In this document: piece after piece, positions 12,569 to 23,450 of the stretch
Layout: each line of letters starts with the position of its first letter
Position numbering within the stretch: the stretch's first letter is position 1
DNA from: Synechococcus sp.
GTDB taxonomy: Bacteria > Cyanobacteriota > Cyanobacteriia > PCC-6307 > Cyanobiaceae
Assembly: GCA_047285305.1 (NCBI GenBank)
Contig: JBJBDL010000003.1
Location: 768,001-832,000 of the forward strand
Length of the DNA: 64,000 nucleotides
Direction of reading: 5' to 3'
Program-made: the position numbers and the translations under genes
Notes under the pieces: model-generated
The model's input: only the letters and a program-made list of their open reading frames with translations
What the model was told of the DNA's origin: nothing
Databases searched by the model: none

Positions 12569-13339
12569 TCAGCGGCCGATGGTCCGGTAAGGCACCTTGG
12601 TCAAATAGTCCATATCGGCGCTGGTGCTTGGGCCGACCCGGCGGGGATTGCCGATTTCGCTCACCCATGCCATGTAGTCCTGCGGAGACCCACCCTTCTT
12701 GATTTTCGCGCGCTCCGGCAGCCGCTTGGCAGGCCCGCCAGTGAAAACGAGTTGGGGGAAGCCAAGAATGTTTCGGTAGTACTCGTCGTAGCGGGGGGTG
12801 GTGATGTTGAAGGGAGTGTCACCAAGCTCGCGGCCGGGAAGAACGCGGTTCCGCTGGTAAGGAACAGTGTCGTAACCGAAAGCGTCGAGGTACTCGGCGC
12901 TGTCGAGCAGAACATCCACCAGGCCTTCCAGGCCTTTGGTCGCAATCACGATGGACCAGGAGAGCTCTTCGCCCTTGCCGTTCACTTTGCGGCCGAGGAT
13001 CCTCTCGCAGAGGTGACGAACAACTTTGTAATTGCTGTTGAATCCGTAGAAGGTGCGCTTGAAGGTGTCCGAAAGCAGGAGGCCGCGAATGAAATCGCGA
13101 ACTGTGATCTGGCCATCCTTCAGCTGGGACTCAAGGTTTACGTCCCGATCGGTTTTGAAGGCGTGGAAGAAGATTTGCCGGTAGCCGGCTTCCACGACGG
13201 TGTCGAAGTTGTCGCGATCGTCTGCGATTTCCAGGGAGTAAGCCCGGGATCCCTCATCGGAGCCGACACGAAGGTTCGGAACACCTGATCTCAGAGAGTT
13301 CTGAGTGATCGGTGCGTACTCCAGAAGAGGAATGGCCAC
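12569..13339 (-). CDS. cpcG: Phycobilisome rod-core linker polypeptide
   Basis: AIPLLEYAPITQN, GYRQIFFHAF, LESQLKDGQITVRDFIRGL, VPYQRNRVLPGR. Confidence 0.95.
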   Translation of the reverse strand: MAIPLLEYAPITQNSLRSGVPNLRVGSDEGSRAYSLEIADDRDNFDTVVEAGYRQIFFHAFKTDRDVNLESQLKDGQITVRDFIRGLLLSDTFKRTFYGFNSNYKVVRHLCERILGRKVNGKGEELSWSIVIATKGLEGLVDVLLDSAEYLDAFGYDTVPYQRNRVLPGRELGDTPFNITTPRYDEYYRNILGFPQLVFTGGPAKRLPERAKIKKGGSPQDYMAWVSEIGNPRRVGPSTSADMDYLTKVPYRTIGR

Positions 13340-13447
13340 GCGAGCTACAGCATCCACTGCTGGCGATCGTAGAAGTGCTGGGTCTTGCCCCCTTCAGCTG
13401 CTGTTGCAGCGATTACATGCCGTAATACTTCTTCTAAGTAATTCTGC

Positions 13448-14041
13448 TTACCAGCCGAAGGGGGCGAGGGCGGCTCCGTTCGAAGTCATCGCTGGGCTGG
13501 TTTGACCAACATCGTCCAGTTGCCTGGTCTCGATGCAGAAGGAGGCGTTGTTGGAGAGCCCCTGCACCGTGCTGGTGCGCAGCCGCACGTTCTCGCTGGC
13601 GAACCAGAAGCGCTCCAGGGAGCTCATCATTTCGTAATCCGTCGTGAGGATTAGGCCGTTTTCGTCGTCCATACGGAACTGTCCCGCGACTGGCGCTTTT
13701 TCGGCGTAACCGCGATCCCGCAGCAGCAGTCCCCGTCGCCCCGTTTCGTCTTCTGGGATCAGTCCGAACATGGTCTGGTCTTCATGGGATTCACCGGCCC
13801 GATCCCAGGCCATCGATCCGCTCCAGCGCACCCAGCAACCACCCACGATCTGCTCAACGCTGGCGTTGTTGCGCTCGGCGATCTCCGCCAGGCGTTCGTC
13901 GCCCTTCAGCAGCTCCTCCACCACGATGAAGGAGGCGCCGGCTTCGGCGCGGCGATGCAGCAGGTGGTGTTGGCTGCGCTGTGAGGTCCAGCGGCCACAG
14001 CTCAGGCGGAAGAAGCTGAGGGCGTCCGATATCTCAAGCAT
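13448..14041 (-). CDS. Phycobiliprotein lyase, CpcS/CpeS family
   Basis: FFRLSCGRWTSQRSQHHL, LLRDRGYAE, ERFWFASENVRLR. Confidence 0.9.
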   Translation of the reverse strand: MLEISDALSFFRLSCGRWTSQRSQHHLLHRRAEAGASFIVVEELLKGDERLAEIAERNNASVEQIVGGCWVRWSGSMAWDRAGESHEDQTMFGLIPEDETGRRGLLLRDRGYAEKAPVAGQFRMDDENGLILTTDYEMMSSLERFWFASENVRLRTSTVQGLSNNASFCIETRQLDDVGQTSPAMTSNGAALAPFGW

Positions 14042-14085
14042 CGCCGACGTTGAGCAAGTGGATCGATGATGGCAGCCCGACTAAG

Positions 14086-14433
14086 TCAGCCACGACAGTC
14101 ACGGCAGCGGGCTTCGGCGGCGCTGATCAGATCATCGAGGGTCAGCGCTAATGGAGGCTTGCCCAGTTCAAGTGCCAGTCGATCCAGCTGATCGGCGGCA
14201 GAGTTGAGCTGCAGCAGCAAGGTGTCGAGGAATGCCGGGTCTTCAGCCACCACCGGTTGCTTCCGGCACCAGTGGCGTCGTTGGTCTTCGTCGGGGATCG
14301 CGCCAGTGCTCCCTGGAGCAGTCATGGCTTGAAAGCTGTCAAGGCAGTGGCTCAGTACCCGCAGGTGATGACGATCCAGCTGGGGCAGCAGGGTCGAGTC
14401 GATGCGTTCAATCGTGGCTCGGTCGATGGCCAT
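14086..14433 (-). CDS. Conserved hypothetical protein
   Basis: IDSTLLPQLDRHHLRVLSHCL. Start overlaps the sufR stop. Confidence 0.75.
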   Translation of the reverse strand: MAIDRATIERIDSTLLPQLDRHHLRVLSHCLDSFQAMTAPGSTGAIPDEDQRRHWCRKQPVVAEDPAFLDTLLLQLNSAADQLDRLALELGKPPLALTLDDLISAAEARCRDCRG

Positions 14434-15077
14434 CAGTCCTGCGCTAACGGAGTGATGCGGAAGCCGCAGGCGTGGCCTCCCTCGAGCCGCCAATGCACCC
14501 GTTCCACCCGGCAGTCCGGCACGGTGCGCCGGATCAGCAGCAATTCCTGGTCGCAGACCGCGGGAAATTCTTCGGCAATGCGTTGCACAGAACAGTGGGC
14601 CTCTTCAAGCCGCCAGCTGATGCCGTCGTCGTCCCGGCTGCAGACGGTCACATAGCCCTCGTCGCGCCGCAGCCGTGCCAGTTGTTCGAGGCGAGCCTCC
14701 AGGGAGGCTTCGCCGAGGCTTTGCCGGTACTGGCTGGCCTTTGACTCCGCCTGTTGATTCAGCAGCTGGCGCACGGTCGCTTCGGGGAGATGGCTGCGCA
14801 TCGAATCCAGCAGGCCAAGGGCGAAGCGGCCGCTGCCATCAGGGAACTGGGCTCGTCCTTCGTCGGTGAGGCACCAGCGGTTGCTGGGACGCCCCGGGCC
14901 GCTGGCATTGCTGCTGGAGCAGACAAAGCCGCTGTCGGCGAGGGAGCGCAGGTGCCGCCGCATGGCCTGAACGGAAATGCCCACGGCATCGGCAAGGGTG
15001 CCAGCGTCTTCTTCCCCGCGCTCCAGCAGCAGGGAGAGCACGGCGTCGCGGGTGCTGGCGGGGGCCGAGGCGCTCAT
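14433..15077 (-). CDS. sufR: Fe-S cluster biosynthesis transcriptional regulator
   Basis: N-terminal HTH (ISVQAMRRHL, GPGRP), C-terminal HC..CDQE..C. Divergent from ftrC-sufBCDS. Confidence 0.93.
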   Translation of the reverse strand: MSASAPASTRDAVLSLLLERGEEDAGTLADAVGISVQAMRRHLRSLADSGFVCSSSNASGPGRPSNRWCLTDEGRAQFPDGSGRFALGLLDSMRSHLPEATVRQLLNQQAESKASQYRQSLGEASLEARLEQLARLRRDEGYVTVCSRDDDGISWRLEEAHCSVQRIAEEFPAVCDQELLLIRRTVPDCRVERVHWRLEGGHACGFRITPLAQD

Positions 15078-15190
15078 GAGGAGGCGAAACCTCCCCACAC
15101 GATGCCACCGAATTGCCTCGGCATGTCGGCCGTGTTGAGGGTCACAATGGGGAGCCCGCTGACCTGAAGCCTGTTGGCCTAGGCTTCCAG

Positions 15191-15214
15191 TAAGGAAACC
15201 GCGGGGTTTCGTAA
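15191..15214. promoter_or_regulatory. Putative SufR operator
   Basis: Palindrome GAAAC-N6-GTTTC between sufR and ftrC-sufB, similar to the CAAC-N6-GTTG SufR site known from Synechocystis. Confidence 0.45.
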
Positions 15215-15235
15215 TTCGCCGCTCCCTCCACCTCA

Positions 15236-15592
15236 ATGTCCGACGCCCCTCAAGAGCCGACAGCAGAAAGCCTGGAGGTCATCCGCAAGTTCGCTGAAAC
15301 TTACGCGCAGCGCACCGGCACTTATTTCTGTTCCGACCCCAGTGTCACCGCTGTTGTTCTGAAGGGTCTGGCACGTCACAAGGACGATCTGGGGGGAGCG
15401 CTGTGCCCCTGCCGCCACTACGAAGACAAAGAAGCCGAGGTCTCACAGGCCTTCTGGAACTGTCCCTGTGTTCCGATGCGCGAGCGTAAGGAATGCCACT
15501 GCATGCTCTTCCTCACTGAAGACAACCCCTTCGCTTGCCCTCAGAAGACGCAGACCATCACTACCGAAACGATCAACGCCACCGCCGGCTGA
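15236..15592 (+). CDS. ftrC: Ferredoxin-thioredoxin reductase catalytic subunit
   Basis: LCPCRHY, WNCPCVPM, ECHCMLF. Confidence 0.96.
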   Translation: MSDAPQEPTAESLEVIRKFAETYAQRTGTYFCSDPSVTAVVLKGLARHKDDLGGALCPCRHYEDKEAEVSQAFWNCPCVPMRERKECHCMLFLTEDNPFACPQKTQTITTETINATAG

Positions 15593-15597
15593 GCTGA

Positions 15598-17037
15598 ATG
15601 ACCAGTACCTCCACACGGGATCTCGTCAGCCAGCCGTACAAGTACGGCTTCGTCACTGAGATCGAGACCGACAAGATCGCCAAGGGTCTCAGTGAAGAGG
15701 TCGTTCGCCTGATCTCGGCCAAGAAGGAGGAGCCTGACTTCCTTCTGCAGTTCAGGCTCAAGGCGTTTCGCCACTGGCTCACCCTCGAGGAGCCCGACTG
15801 GGCTGCCCTGGGTCATCCAGAGATCGATTACCAAGACATCGTTTATTACGCGGCTCCCAAGCAGCAGGAGAAGAAGGCCAGTCTCGACGAGGTGGATCCG
15901 AAGCTGCTGGAAACCTTCGATAAGCTCGGCATTCCGCTGAGCGAGCAGAAGCGCCTTAGCAACGTGGCGGTTGACGCTGTATTCGACAGCGTTTCGATTG
16001 CCACCACCTACAAGGAAAAGCTGGCGGAACACGGGGTGGTGTTCTGCTCCTTTAGTGAGGCGGTCAAGGAGCATCCCGAGCTGATCGAGCGCTACCTCGG
16101 CACGGTTGTCTCCAGCAACGACAACTATTTTGCCGCCCTGAACTCAGCTGTGTTCAGCGACGGATCCTTCGTCTTTATTCCGAAGGGTGTTGAGTGCCCG
16201 ATGGAACTCTCCACGTACTTCCGGATTAATTCCGGCGACACCGGACAGTTCGAGCGCACCTTGATCGTGGCCGAAGAGGGTGCCTCGGTCAGTTATCTCG
16301 AGGGCTGCACGGCACCGATGTTCGACACCAACCAGCTGCATGCGGCGGTGGTGGAGCTCGTGGCCCTCGACGACGCTTCAATCAAATATTCCACGGTTCA
16401 GAACTGGTACGCCGGTGATGAAAACGGCGTCGGCGGGATTTACAACTTCGTGACCAAACGAGGCCAGTGCCGCGGTGATCGCAGCCGCATCAGCTGGACT
16501 CAGGTGGAGACCGGTTCAGCCATCACCTGGAAATACCCCAGTTGCGTGCTGCAGGGTGCTGATTCGGTGGGTGAGTTCTATTCCGTAGCCCTCACCAACA
16601 ACTGCCAGCAGGCCGACACCGGCACCAAAATGATCCATGTCGGACCGCGCACTCGCTCCACGATTGTGAGCAAGGGCATCAGTGCAGGCCGCTCCAGCAA
16701 CAGCTACCGCGGTCTTGTGCAGATGGGGCCCAATGCCAAGGGCGCCCGCAACTACAGCCAGTGCGATTCGATGCTGATCGGCGATCAAGCCGCTGCGAAC
16801 ACTTATCCCTACATCCGTTCGCAGCAGCCGCAGGCGGCCATCGAGCACGAGGCCAGCACCTGTCGCATCTCCGAAGACCAGCTCTTCTACCTGCAGAGCC
16901 GTGGCATTGGGTTTGAAGAGGCCGTCTCGATGATGGTCAGCGGCTTCTGCCGCGACGTCTTCAATCAGCTGCCGATGGAGTTTGCCGCTGAGGCCGACAA
17001 ATTGTTAGCCCTCAAACTTGAGGGGTCCGTGGGCTGA
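15598..17037 (+). CDS. sufB: Fe-S cluster assembly protein SufB
   Basis: [35 protein letters not shown]. Confidence 0.98.
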   Translation: MTSTSTRDLVSQPYKYGFVTEIETDKIAKGLSEEVVRLISAKKEEPDFLLQFRLKAFRHWLTLEEPDWAALGHPEIDYQDIVYYAAPKQQEKKASLDEVDPKLLETFDKLGIPLSEQKRLSNVAVDAVFDSVSIATTYKEKLAEHGVVFCSFSEAVKEHPELIERYLGTVVSSNDNYFAALNSAVFSDGSFVFIPKGVECPMELSTYFRINSGDTGQFERTLIVAEEGASVSYLEGCTAPMFDTNQLHAAVVELVALDDASIKYSTVQNWYAGDENGVGGIYNFVTKRGQCRGDRSRISWTQVETGSAITWKYPSCVLQGADSVGEFYSVALTNNCQQADTGTKMIHVGPRTRSTIVSKGISAGRSSNSYRGLVQMGPNAKGARNYSQCDSMLIGDQAAANTYPYIRSQQPQAAIEHEASTCRISEDQLFYLQSRGIGFEEAVSMMVSGFCRDVFNQLPMEFAAEADKLLALKLEGSVG

Positions 17038-17079
17038 TCCCCTCCCCCACCTTGTCTCTGTTTTTTAACGACGCCTTCC

Positions 17080-17868
17080 GTGATTCGCCCTGACGCTGAG
17101 CTGCTGCTCGACATCCAAGACCTGCATGCCTCTGTCGAGGACAAGCCCATCCTCATGGGTGTGAATCTTCAGGTGAGGGCTGGTGAAGTCCATGCCGTGA
17201 TGGGTCGAAATGGCAGTGGAAAGAGCACGCTTTCCAAGGTTTTGGCCGGGCATCCGGCCTACCGGGTCACGGGAGGCACCGTTCGTTATCGCGGCCAGGA
17301 TCTGTTTGAGCTGGAGCCTGAAGAGCGGGCCCGTCTGGGGGTGTTCCTCGGATTTCAGTACCCCGTTGAAATCCCTGGTGTCAGCAACCTGGAATTCCTG
17401 CGGGTTTCCACCAATGCCCGGCGGGAAAAACAGGGGGAAGAGGAGCTCGACACCTTTGCCTTCGAGGATCATGTGCACGACAAGCTCAAGGTGGTGCAGA
17501 TGGACCCCGCCTTCCTTGAGCGCAGCGTGAATGAAGGCTTCTCCGGGGGCGAGAAAAAGCGCAACGAGATTCTCCAGATGGCGCTGTTGGAGCCCGTGGT
17601 GGCGATCCTGGATGAAACCGATTCCGGCCTGGATATAGATGCCCTGCGCATCGTGGCCGGTGGTGTAAACCAGCTGGCGACGGAAGACAACGCCACGCTG
17701 CTGATCACCCACTATCAACGTCTTCTCGACGAGATCACCCCGGACTATGTGCATGTGATGGCGGCAGGCCGGATCTTGCGCACCGGAGGCCGGGAGCTGG
17801 CCCTTGAGCTGGAGCGGACTGGATACGACTGGGTGGACCAGGAGCTGGCCGCTCAAGGAGCCGCTTGA
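17080..17868 (+). CDS. sufC: Fe-S cluster assembly ATPase SufC
   Basis: [40 protein letters not shown]. Confidence 0.98.
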   Translation: MIRPDAELLLDIQDLHASVEDKPILMGVNLQVRAGEVHAVMGRNGSGKSTLSKVLAGHPAYRVTGGTVRYRGQDLFELEPEERARLGVFLGFQYPVEIPGVSNLEFLRVSTNARREKQGEEELDTFAFEDHVHDKLKVVQMDPAFLERSVNEGFSGGEKKRNEILQMALLEPVVAILDETDSGLDIDALRIVAGGVNQLATEDNATLLITHYQRLLDEITPDYVHVMAAGRILRTGGRELALELERTGYDWVDQELAAQGAA

Positions 17869-17870
17869 CC

Positions 17871-19049
17871 ATGGCGAGCAGTGTGCTGGCGCCAGTGCAG
17901 GAGCGCGGTCGAGCCGCGCTTGAACATCTTGGTCTGCCCAACCATCGCCAGGAGCCCTGGCGCCTTACCGACCTAAAACGGCTCGCGGCTGTCTCGGAAT
18001 TGTCGGCCAGTGCCTCGCCACTGTCCATGTCTCTGCCGGCCAGCCTGGACGGGGTGACCCGTCTGGTGCTCAATGGTTTTGATGATCCCCTGGTTGGCCA
18101 GGTGCTTCCGGAAGGAATCACGGCGCTGAATGCTGAAGAGCTGGAGCAGGCCCTCGGTCACACCCTCGATCGCTGCGGTTGTGCCCAGGTCTGGCCCGTG
18201 GAGTTCAACCATGCCAAAGCCCAGCAGATCCTGGCCCTCAGGGTGCGGGGACGGGTTGGCCCGTTGGAGCTGGTGCTGGCGGCGGGTGCGGGGTTGAACG
18301 CTACGCGGGTGCTGCTGCTGTTGGAGGAAAAAGCTGAGCTTGAGTTGATGCAGGTGCTGCTTGCTGAGGGGGCGTCGGCCCACAGCCATGTGCTGGAAGT
18401 GCATCTGGGGCAGGAGGCCCATCTGCTCCATGGCGTGCTGGCGACGGCGGATGGTGTGTCATCGCTGATGGCCCATTTCGCTGTCGAGCAGGAGCCCCGC
18501 AGCTCCTATGCCCTCACTTCGGTGGTTCAGGGCTGGAACCTGGGACGGGTGGAGCCCCGGGTGGTGCAGGTGGATGGCCAGGCAGAGACCGTGCTCAAAG
18601 GTCTGGCCGTCACCGGCGCCGAGCAGCAGCTGGCCACCCACACCGCGGTGCGCTTCGACGGGCCGGAGGGGGAGCTGGATCAGTTGCAGAAATGCCTGGC
18701 TGGCGGCCAGTCCCACGCGATTTTTAATGGCGCCATCAGTGTTCCCCGCGATGCTCAGCGCACCAACGCCGCCCAGTTGAGCCGCAACCTGTTGCTGTCT
18801 GATCGTGCCCGGGTGGACACCAAGCCCGAGCTTGAGATCGTGGCGGACGATGTGCGCTGCGCTCATGGCGCCACCGTGTCGCAGCTTCAGGACGATGAGC
18901 TGTTCTATCTCCAGAGCCGGGGCATCGCTGCGGCGGATGCAACGGCGTTGCTGCTGCGCGGCGCCTGCCAGGAGGTGATCGCCCAGCTTCCTGCTGCTGC
19001 GCAGGCTTGGCGCCCCCTGGAGCGCGTGATGGAGAGCCTCGCCCCATGA
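17871..19049 (+). CDS. sufD: Fe-S cluster assembly protein SufD
   Basis: [34 protein letters not shown]; operon position. Confidence 0.95.
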   Translation: MASSVLAPVQERGRAALEHLGLPNHRQEPWRLTDLKRLAAVSELSASASPLSMSLPASLDGVTRLVLNGFDDPLVGQVLPEGITALNAEELEQALGHTLDRCGCAQVWPVEFNHAKAQQILALRVRGRVGPLELVLAAGAGLNATRVLLLLEEKAELELMQVLLAEGASAHSHVLEVHLGQEAHLLHGVLATADGVSSLMAHFAVEQEPRSSYALTSVVQGWNLGRVEPRVVQVDGQAETVLKGLAVTGAEQQLATHTAVRFDGPEGELDQLQKCLAGGQSHAIFNGAISVPRDAQRTNAAQLSRNLLLSDRARVDTKPELEIVADDVRCAHGATVSQLQDDELFYLQSRGIAAADATALLLRGACQEVIAQLPAAAQAWRPLERVMESLAP

Positions 19050-20326
19050 CAATCACTGCCGAAGCACGATCTAGTGCTGATTTCGTGGATTTATCGTCTC
19101 GATATCGTGCCGATTTTCCGATTCTCGAGCGTCTAGCTCCAGATGGTCGGCCGCTGATTTATCTCGATCACGCTGCCACCAGCCAGAAGCCCCGTCAGGT
19201 GCTCGAGGCGCTGCAGCATTACTACAGCTGCGACAACGCCAACGTTCATCGCGGTGCGCACCAGCTCAGTGCCCGCGCCACCGATGCCTTTGAGGCGGCC
19301 CGCAGCACGACGGCGGCCTTCGTGGGCGCTGCCAGTTCCCGCGAGATTGTCTTCACTCGCAATGCCAGCGAAGCCATCAATCTTGTGGCGCGCACCTGGG
19401 GTGACGCCACCCTCAAGCAGGGGGACGAAATTCTCCTCACGGTGATGGAGCACCACAGCAACCTGGTGCCCTGGCAGCTGCTGGCTCAGCGCACCGGCTG
19501 TGTGCTGCGCCATGTGGGCATCACCGAATCCGGTGAGCTGGATCTGGAGGATTTCCAGGCCCAGCTCAACGAGCGCACCCGGTTGGTGAGCCTGGTGCAC
19601 ATCAGCAATTCCCTCGGTTGCTGCAATCCCCTGGATCAGGTCATCCCCGCAGCCCATGCCGTTGGCGCCTGCGTGCTCGTGGATGCTTGTCAGAGCCTGG
19701 CCCACAAGCCGATTGATGTGGCGGCGATAGATGCCGATTTTCTTGTCGGTTCCTCCCACAAGCTCTGCGGCCCCACCGGCATGGGTTTCCTCTGGGCTAG
19801 GGAGTCGCTGCTGGAGTCGATGCCTCCCTTTTTGGGCGGCGGGGAGATGATTCAGGACGTTTTCCTGGACCACAGCACCTGGGCGGTGTTGCCACATAAG
19901 TTCGAAGCGGGCACCCCTGCCATTGGCGAGGCGGTGGGCATGGGGGCCGCGATTCGCTACCTACAGGCGGTGGGTCTGGAGGCGATTCAGGCCTGGGAAG
20001 CTCAGCTCACCCGTCATCTGTTCACCCGGTTGCAGGCCATTGATGGTGTGAGGGTTTTGGGCCCGACGCCTGATCAGCAGCCCGAGAGAGGTGCCCTCGC
20101 CACATTCCTTGTGGATGGCGTGCATGCCAACGACATTGCCGCTTTGATCGATGCGTCCGGGATCTGCATCCGCAGCGGTCACCACTGCTGTCAGCCCCTG
20201 CACCGTATTTATGACGTGACGGCTTCAGCGCGGGCCAGCCTGAGCTTCACCAGCACCTTTGAAGAGATCGACCGCTTCAGCGAGGAGCTTGCTTCCACGG
20301 TCGCCTTCCTGCGCGAGCACAGCTGA
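19046..20326 (+). CDS. sufS: Cysteine desulfurase SufS
   Basis: YLDHAATSQKP, MEHHSN, SSHKLCGPTG, RSGHHCCQPL. Confidence 0.97.
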   Translation: MTITAEARSSADFVDLSSRYRADFPILERLAPDGRPLIYLDHAATSQKPRQVLEALQHYYSCDNANVHRGAHQLSARATDAFEAARSTTAAFVGAASSREIVFTRNASEAINLVARTWGDATLKQGDEILLTVMEHHSNLVPWQLLAQRTGCVLRHVGITESGELDLEDFQAQLNERTRLVSLVHISNSLGCCNPLDQVIPAAHAVGACVLVDACQSLAHKPIDVAAIDADFLVGSSHKLCGPTGMGFLWARESLLESMPPFLGGGEMIQDVFLDHSTWAVLPHKFEAGTPAIGEAVGMGAAIRYLQAVGLEAIQAWEAQLTRHLFTRLQAIDGVRVLGPTPDQQPERGALATFLVDGVHANDIAALIDASGICIRSGHHCCQPLHRIYDVTASARASLSFTSTFEEIDRFSEELASTVAFLREHS

Positions 20327-20332
20327 GCTGGC

Positions 20333-20506
20333 TCAGGCCGTCAGCTGATCGTTGCTTGCTGCGGCCTCGCGTTGCCGCAGGGGAACAACTTTGTTGGCCT
20401 CGATCGCGTACTTCACCCAGCGGTAGGAGCGTGCGCCCGGGCGGGGAGCCGCGTTGATCGGTTCAGGGCTGGCATAGCTGTTGCCGCGATAACGCAGGAT
20501 CCGCAT
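20333..20506 (-). CDS. Small protein, DUF4278-like (57 aa, not in the ORF track)
   Basis: MRILRYRGNSYASPEPINAAPRPGARSYRWVKYAIEANKVVPLRQREAAASNDQLTA, with a repeated YRG/YRxVxY motif. Confidence 0.6.
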   Translation of the reverse strand: MRILRYRGNSYASPEPINAAPRPGARSYRWVKYAIEANKVVPLRQREAAASNDQLTA

Positions 20507-20606
20507 CAATGTGTTGGAACTAAGGGCATCTTTTCAGGCTTACGGTTTCTTCATGGGTTCCGTGGAGCACAGGTTGATGGTTCCTAGTGGTTGCTCGCTC
20601 AACCGA

Positions 20607-22544
20607 TCACATCTGCTGAACGGGGTTGTGTGCTTTGTAACCGTCTGTTAGCCCTAATTCCCGCCTGAAAAAGACTTCGGTTTGCTCGAGAACCTCGATC
20701 TGGGTGGCTTGGTTGCGGAAGCCGTGGCCTTCCTCCTCGAACAGCCGCACCTCCACCGGAATGCCGTTGCTGCGCAGCGCTTCCGCCATGCGTTCGGTTT
20801 GTTCGGGAGGCACCACTTTGTCTTGTAAACCCTGGAAGAACAGCACCGGACAGCGGATTTGATCGGCATGCAGCAGCGGCGACCGCTGCTCGTACAAAGC
20901 ACGCGATGCGGGCCATTCCCCCACCAGGCCATCCACATAGCGCGCTTCAAATCTGTGCGTGTCTTCAGCCATGGCTTTGAGATCACACACCGCATAGCGG
21001 CAGGCGCCGGCCCTGAACACCTCGGTGAAGCACAGCGCTGCCAGGGTGGTAAATCCGCCAGCGCTGCCGCCTTCAATGGCGATCTGGCCGGGATCGGCGC
21101 TACCGGCCTCGATCAGAGCCTGGGCTGCTGCGGCGCAGTCGGCTACATCCACCACGCCCCAGCCCCCGTTGAGGCGCTCCCGGTAGTCCCGGCCGAACCC
21201 TGTTGAGCCGCCGTAGTTCACATCCACCACGCCCCAGCCCCGGGAGGTCCAGTACTGAATTGCCAGGCTGAGGCCACGGCGTGCCATGGCGGTTGGTCCG
21301 CTGTGGCTTTTCACCAGCAGTGGCGCAGGCCCTGGTGGCTTGCCGCTGGGGGGGTAGTACCAGGCATGGGTGCGTTCGCCCTGGTGGCCGTTGAACCACA
21401 GCGGTTCGGCCACGCTGATTGCCTCAACCGGCAAGGGTGCCGCGATGGCGGGGCTGTGGCTCCAGAGCGGTGTGGCCGGTCGAAGGTCGAGTTCCAGCAG
21501 ACCGGCCAGGCTGGTGCTGTTGCTGGCCACGGCCACGGCGCGGCCATTGCAGGCGCTCAATCCCGCCAGGTCATCAAACGGTTGCGGCAACGGCTGCACC
21601 GTTCCATTCAGGCTGAGCCGTTGCAACGACCAGGTCCCGCGGCTGCAGACGGCAGCGATCAGCTGCTCGCCATCCCACGCCGTGGTGCTCATCCCATAGA
21701 TCCACTGGGGCATGGCCGTTTCAGCAGCCATCGGCCAGGGCCTCTCCCAGGCGGCGTTGGCGCTGGGCTGGAGCATCAGGTTCCACCAACCCGTGCTGTC
21801 CTCCGCCACGAGCAACTGTCCATCGGGTAGCCACTGGGGTTGAAACACCGAGACGCCGTCGCTTCCTGCCAGCTGATGGGCCTCGACCAGTTCGCCTCTC
21901 TCGCTGAAATCCGCGCACCAGAGACGGCTGCTGTCCCAGGGCATGGCGGGTTGCTGCCATTCCACCCAGGCGAAACGGAGACCATCGGGGCTCAAGCAGC
22001 CGTAGCCGGCAAAGTCCGTCGGCTGGTGAAGCAGCAGCGGCGTCTGATCCGTTGCGTTCAGCGCCAGGGTCACCAGCTCGTCACGGCCCTCGATTTCACG
22101 GATTCCGATCCAGCGCTGCCTGGGCAGATCGAGAACGCCATCCGCCAGCTCCCAGTCCCCTTCCCGGCTGAGCCGTTGGGCTGCTGCCAGGGGCGAGGGG
22201 TGATGGGTGCTGGTCTGCGGCAGGCGCCAGTCCTGACGCCAGAGGCAGCCGCGTTCGATCCAGGCCAGGATCAGCCTGTCCTGCTCCACAGCAGTGGCGA
22301 GCACCCCGCCGCCGTAGTCATGCACCCGACTGCGCAGGTTGCTGGGGGCCGGCGTCAGCTCCTTTGGTTCTGCCTCGGAATTACCGAAACGCCGGATCAA
22401 AGCAGTGGTGCGGCCGCGCTCCTGGGGGCGCTGTTCCAGCCAGATCAGCCACAGCGTTGCATCGGGACCGCTGACCAGGGCCGGTTCCTTGAGTCCCGGC
22501 AAACGGCCGACGGCATGTTGCGCGGGTAACGGAGCGGCTCCCAT
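20607..22544 (-). CDS. S9 family (prolyl oligopeptidase-like) peptidase
   Basis: HSGPT, VNYGGSTGFGR, nucleophile GGSAGG, QGLQDKVV, EGHGF. Confidence 0.93.
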   Translation of the reverse strand: MGAAPLPAQHAVGRLPGLKEPALVSGPDATLWLIWLEQRPQERGRTTALIRRFGNSEAEPKELTPAPSNLRSRVHDYGGGVLATAVEQDRLILAWIERGCLWRQDWRLPQTSTHHPSPLAAAQRLSREGDWELADGVLDLPRQRWIGIREIEGRDELVTLALNATDQTPLLLHQPTDFAGYGCLSPDGLRFAWVEWQQPAMPWDSSRLWCADFSERGELVEAHQLAGSDGVSVFQPQWLPDGQLLVAEDSTGWWNLMLQPSANAAWERPWPMAAETAMPQWIYGMSTTAWDGEQLIAAVCSRGTWSLQRLSLNGTVQPLPQPFDDLAGLSACNGRAVAVASNSTSLAGLLELDLRPATPLWSHSPAIAAPLPVEAISVAEPLWFNGHQGERTHAWYYPPSGKPPGPAPLLVKSHSGPTAMARRGLSLAIQYWTSRGWGVVDVNYGGSTGFGRDYRERLNGGWGVVDVADCAAAAQALIEAGSADPGQIAIEGGSAGGFTTLAALCFTEVFRAGACRYAVCDLKAMAEDTHRFEARYVDGLVGEWPASRALYEQRSPLLHADQIRCPVLFFQGLQDKVVPPEQTERMAEALRSNGIPVEVRLFEEEGHGFRNQATQIEVLEQTEVFFRRELGLTDGYKAHNPVQQM

Positions 22545-22593
22545 AACGGCTGATTCAGGCCACCTACCATGCTGAATCAACGCGGCGTTGGTC

Positions 22594-23199
22594 TTGGCAG
22601 GAAGCTTTGCAGAGTTGGCCCGTCAGGCCGATAAGTCGCGGGACACGATGCTGGTGCCCAAGACGGCCCTCGAAACACCGCCGCTGGAGATCTACACCCT
22701 GGGCGATGAGGTGTTGCGGCAGCCCGCGCGCCGCATCGGCAAGGTGAATGAGCAGGTGCGGGAGCTGGCACGCGACATGCTGCGCAGCATGTACACCGCC
22801 AAGGGTATTGGCCTGGCGGCTCCTCAGGTGGGGATTCACCAGCAGCTCCTGGTGATTGATCTCGACCTTGAAAATGCAGCCACGCCGCCCCTGGTGTTGA
22901 TCAATCCGGAAATCACGGCGGCCAGCGCCGGGCTCGACACTTACGAAGAGGGCTGTCTCAGCATCCCTGGGGTGTATCTCGATGTGGTACGCCCCACCGC
23001 GATTGAACTGAGCTTCCGCGATGAGATGGGTCGGCCCCGGAAGATGAAGGCCGATGGCCTGATGGCCCGTTGCATTCAGCACGAGATGGACCATCTCAAT
23101 GGCGTGTTGTTCGTCGATCGCGTCACCGATGAAGACGGTCTGCAAAAGGAGCTAAAGGAGAAGGGCTTTGAGCGCCAAGATGTGAGGAGCGTCGCCTGA
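22594..23199 (+). CDS. def: Peptide deformylase
   Basis: GIGLAAPQVG, EGCLS, QHEMDHL. Confidence 0.97.
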   Translation: MAGSFAELARQADKSRDTMLVPKTALETPPLEIYTLGDEVLRQPARRIGKVNEQVRELARDMLRSMYTAKGIGLAAPQVGIHQQLLVIDLDLENAATPPLVLINPEITAASAGLDTYEEGCLSIPGVYLDVVRPTAIELSFRDEMGRPRKMKADGLMARCIQHEMDHLNGVLFVDRVTDEDGLQKELKEKGFERQDVRSVA

Positions 23200-23202
23200 G
23201 TT

Positions 23203-23400
23203 ATGCCGATGAAACCCCTGGCCGGCGTCTTCCTGGCCCTTGCCTGTGTTCTGGGTATCGCCAGCACCGGTTGTGTGTTTGAACTGGCCTACGGCGATCC
23301 TGATCTCGGGGTCAAAACCACCAGCTGGATCCTGGCCCTGGCGGCCCCTGGAACCGTGGGGACCCTTCTGTTCGCAATTCGCCTGAACAAACCGGCCTGA
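23203..23400 (+). CDS. Small membrane protein
   Basis: 65 aa, two hydrophobic segments, FELAYGDPDLG. Confidence 0.65.
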   Translation: MPMKPLAGVFLALACVLGIASTGCVFELAYGDPDLGVKTTSWILALAAPGTVGTLLFAIRLNKPA

Positions 23401-23450
23401 TCGCGGGCAACCGATTCAGGCATCACTTTTACGATCCGCTCAGTTCCTTC

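Noticed and set aside
20507..20600. Glutamine riboswitch expected upstream of a DUF4278-like gene
   Set aside because: I could not see the characteristic motif or stems by eye; cmscan would be needed.
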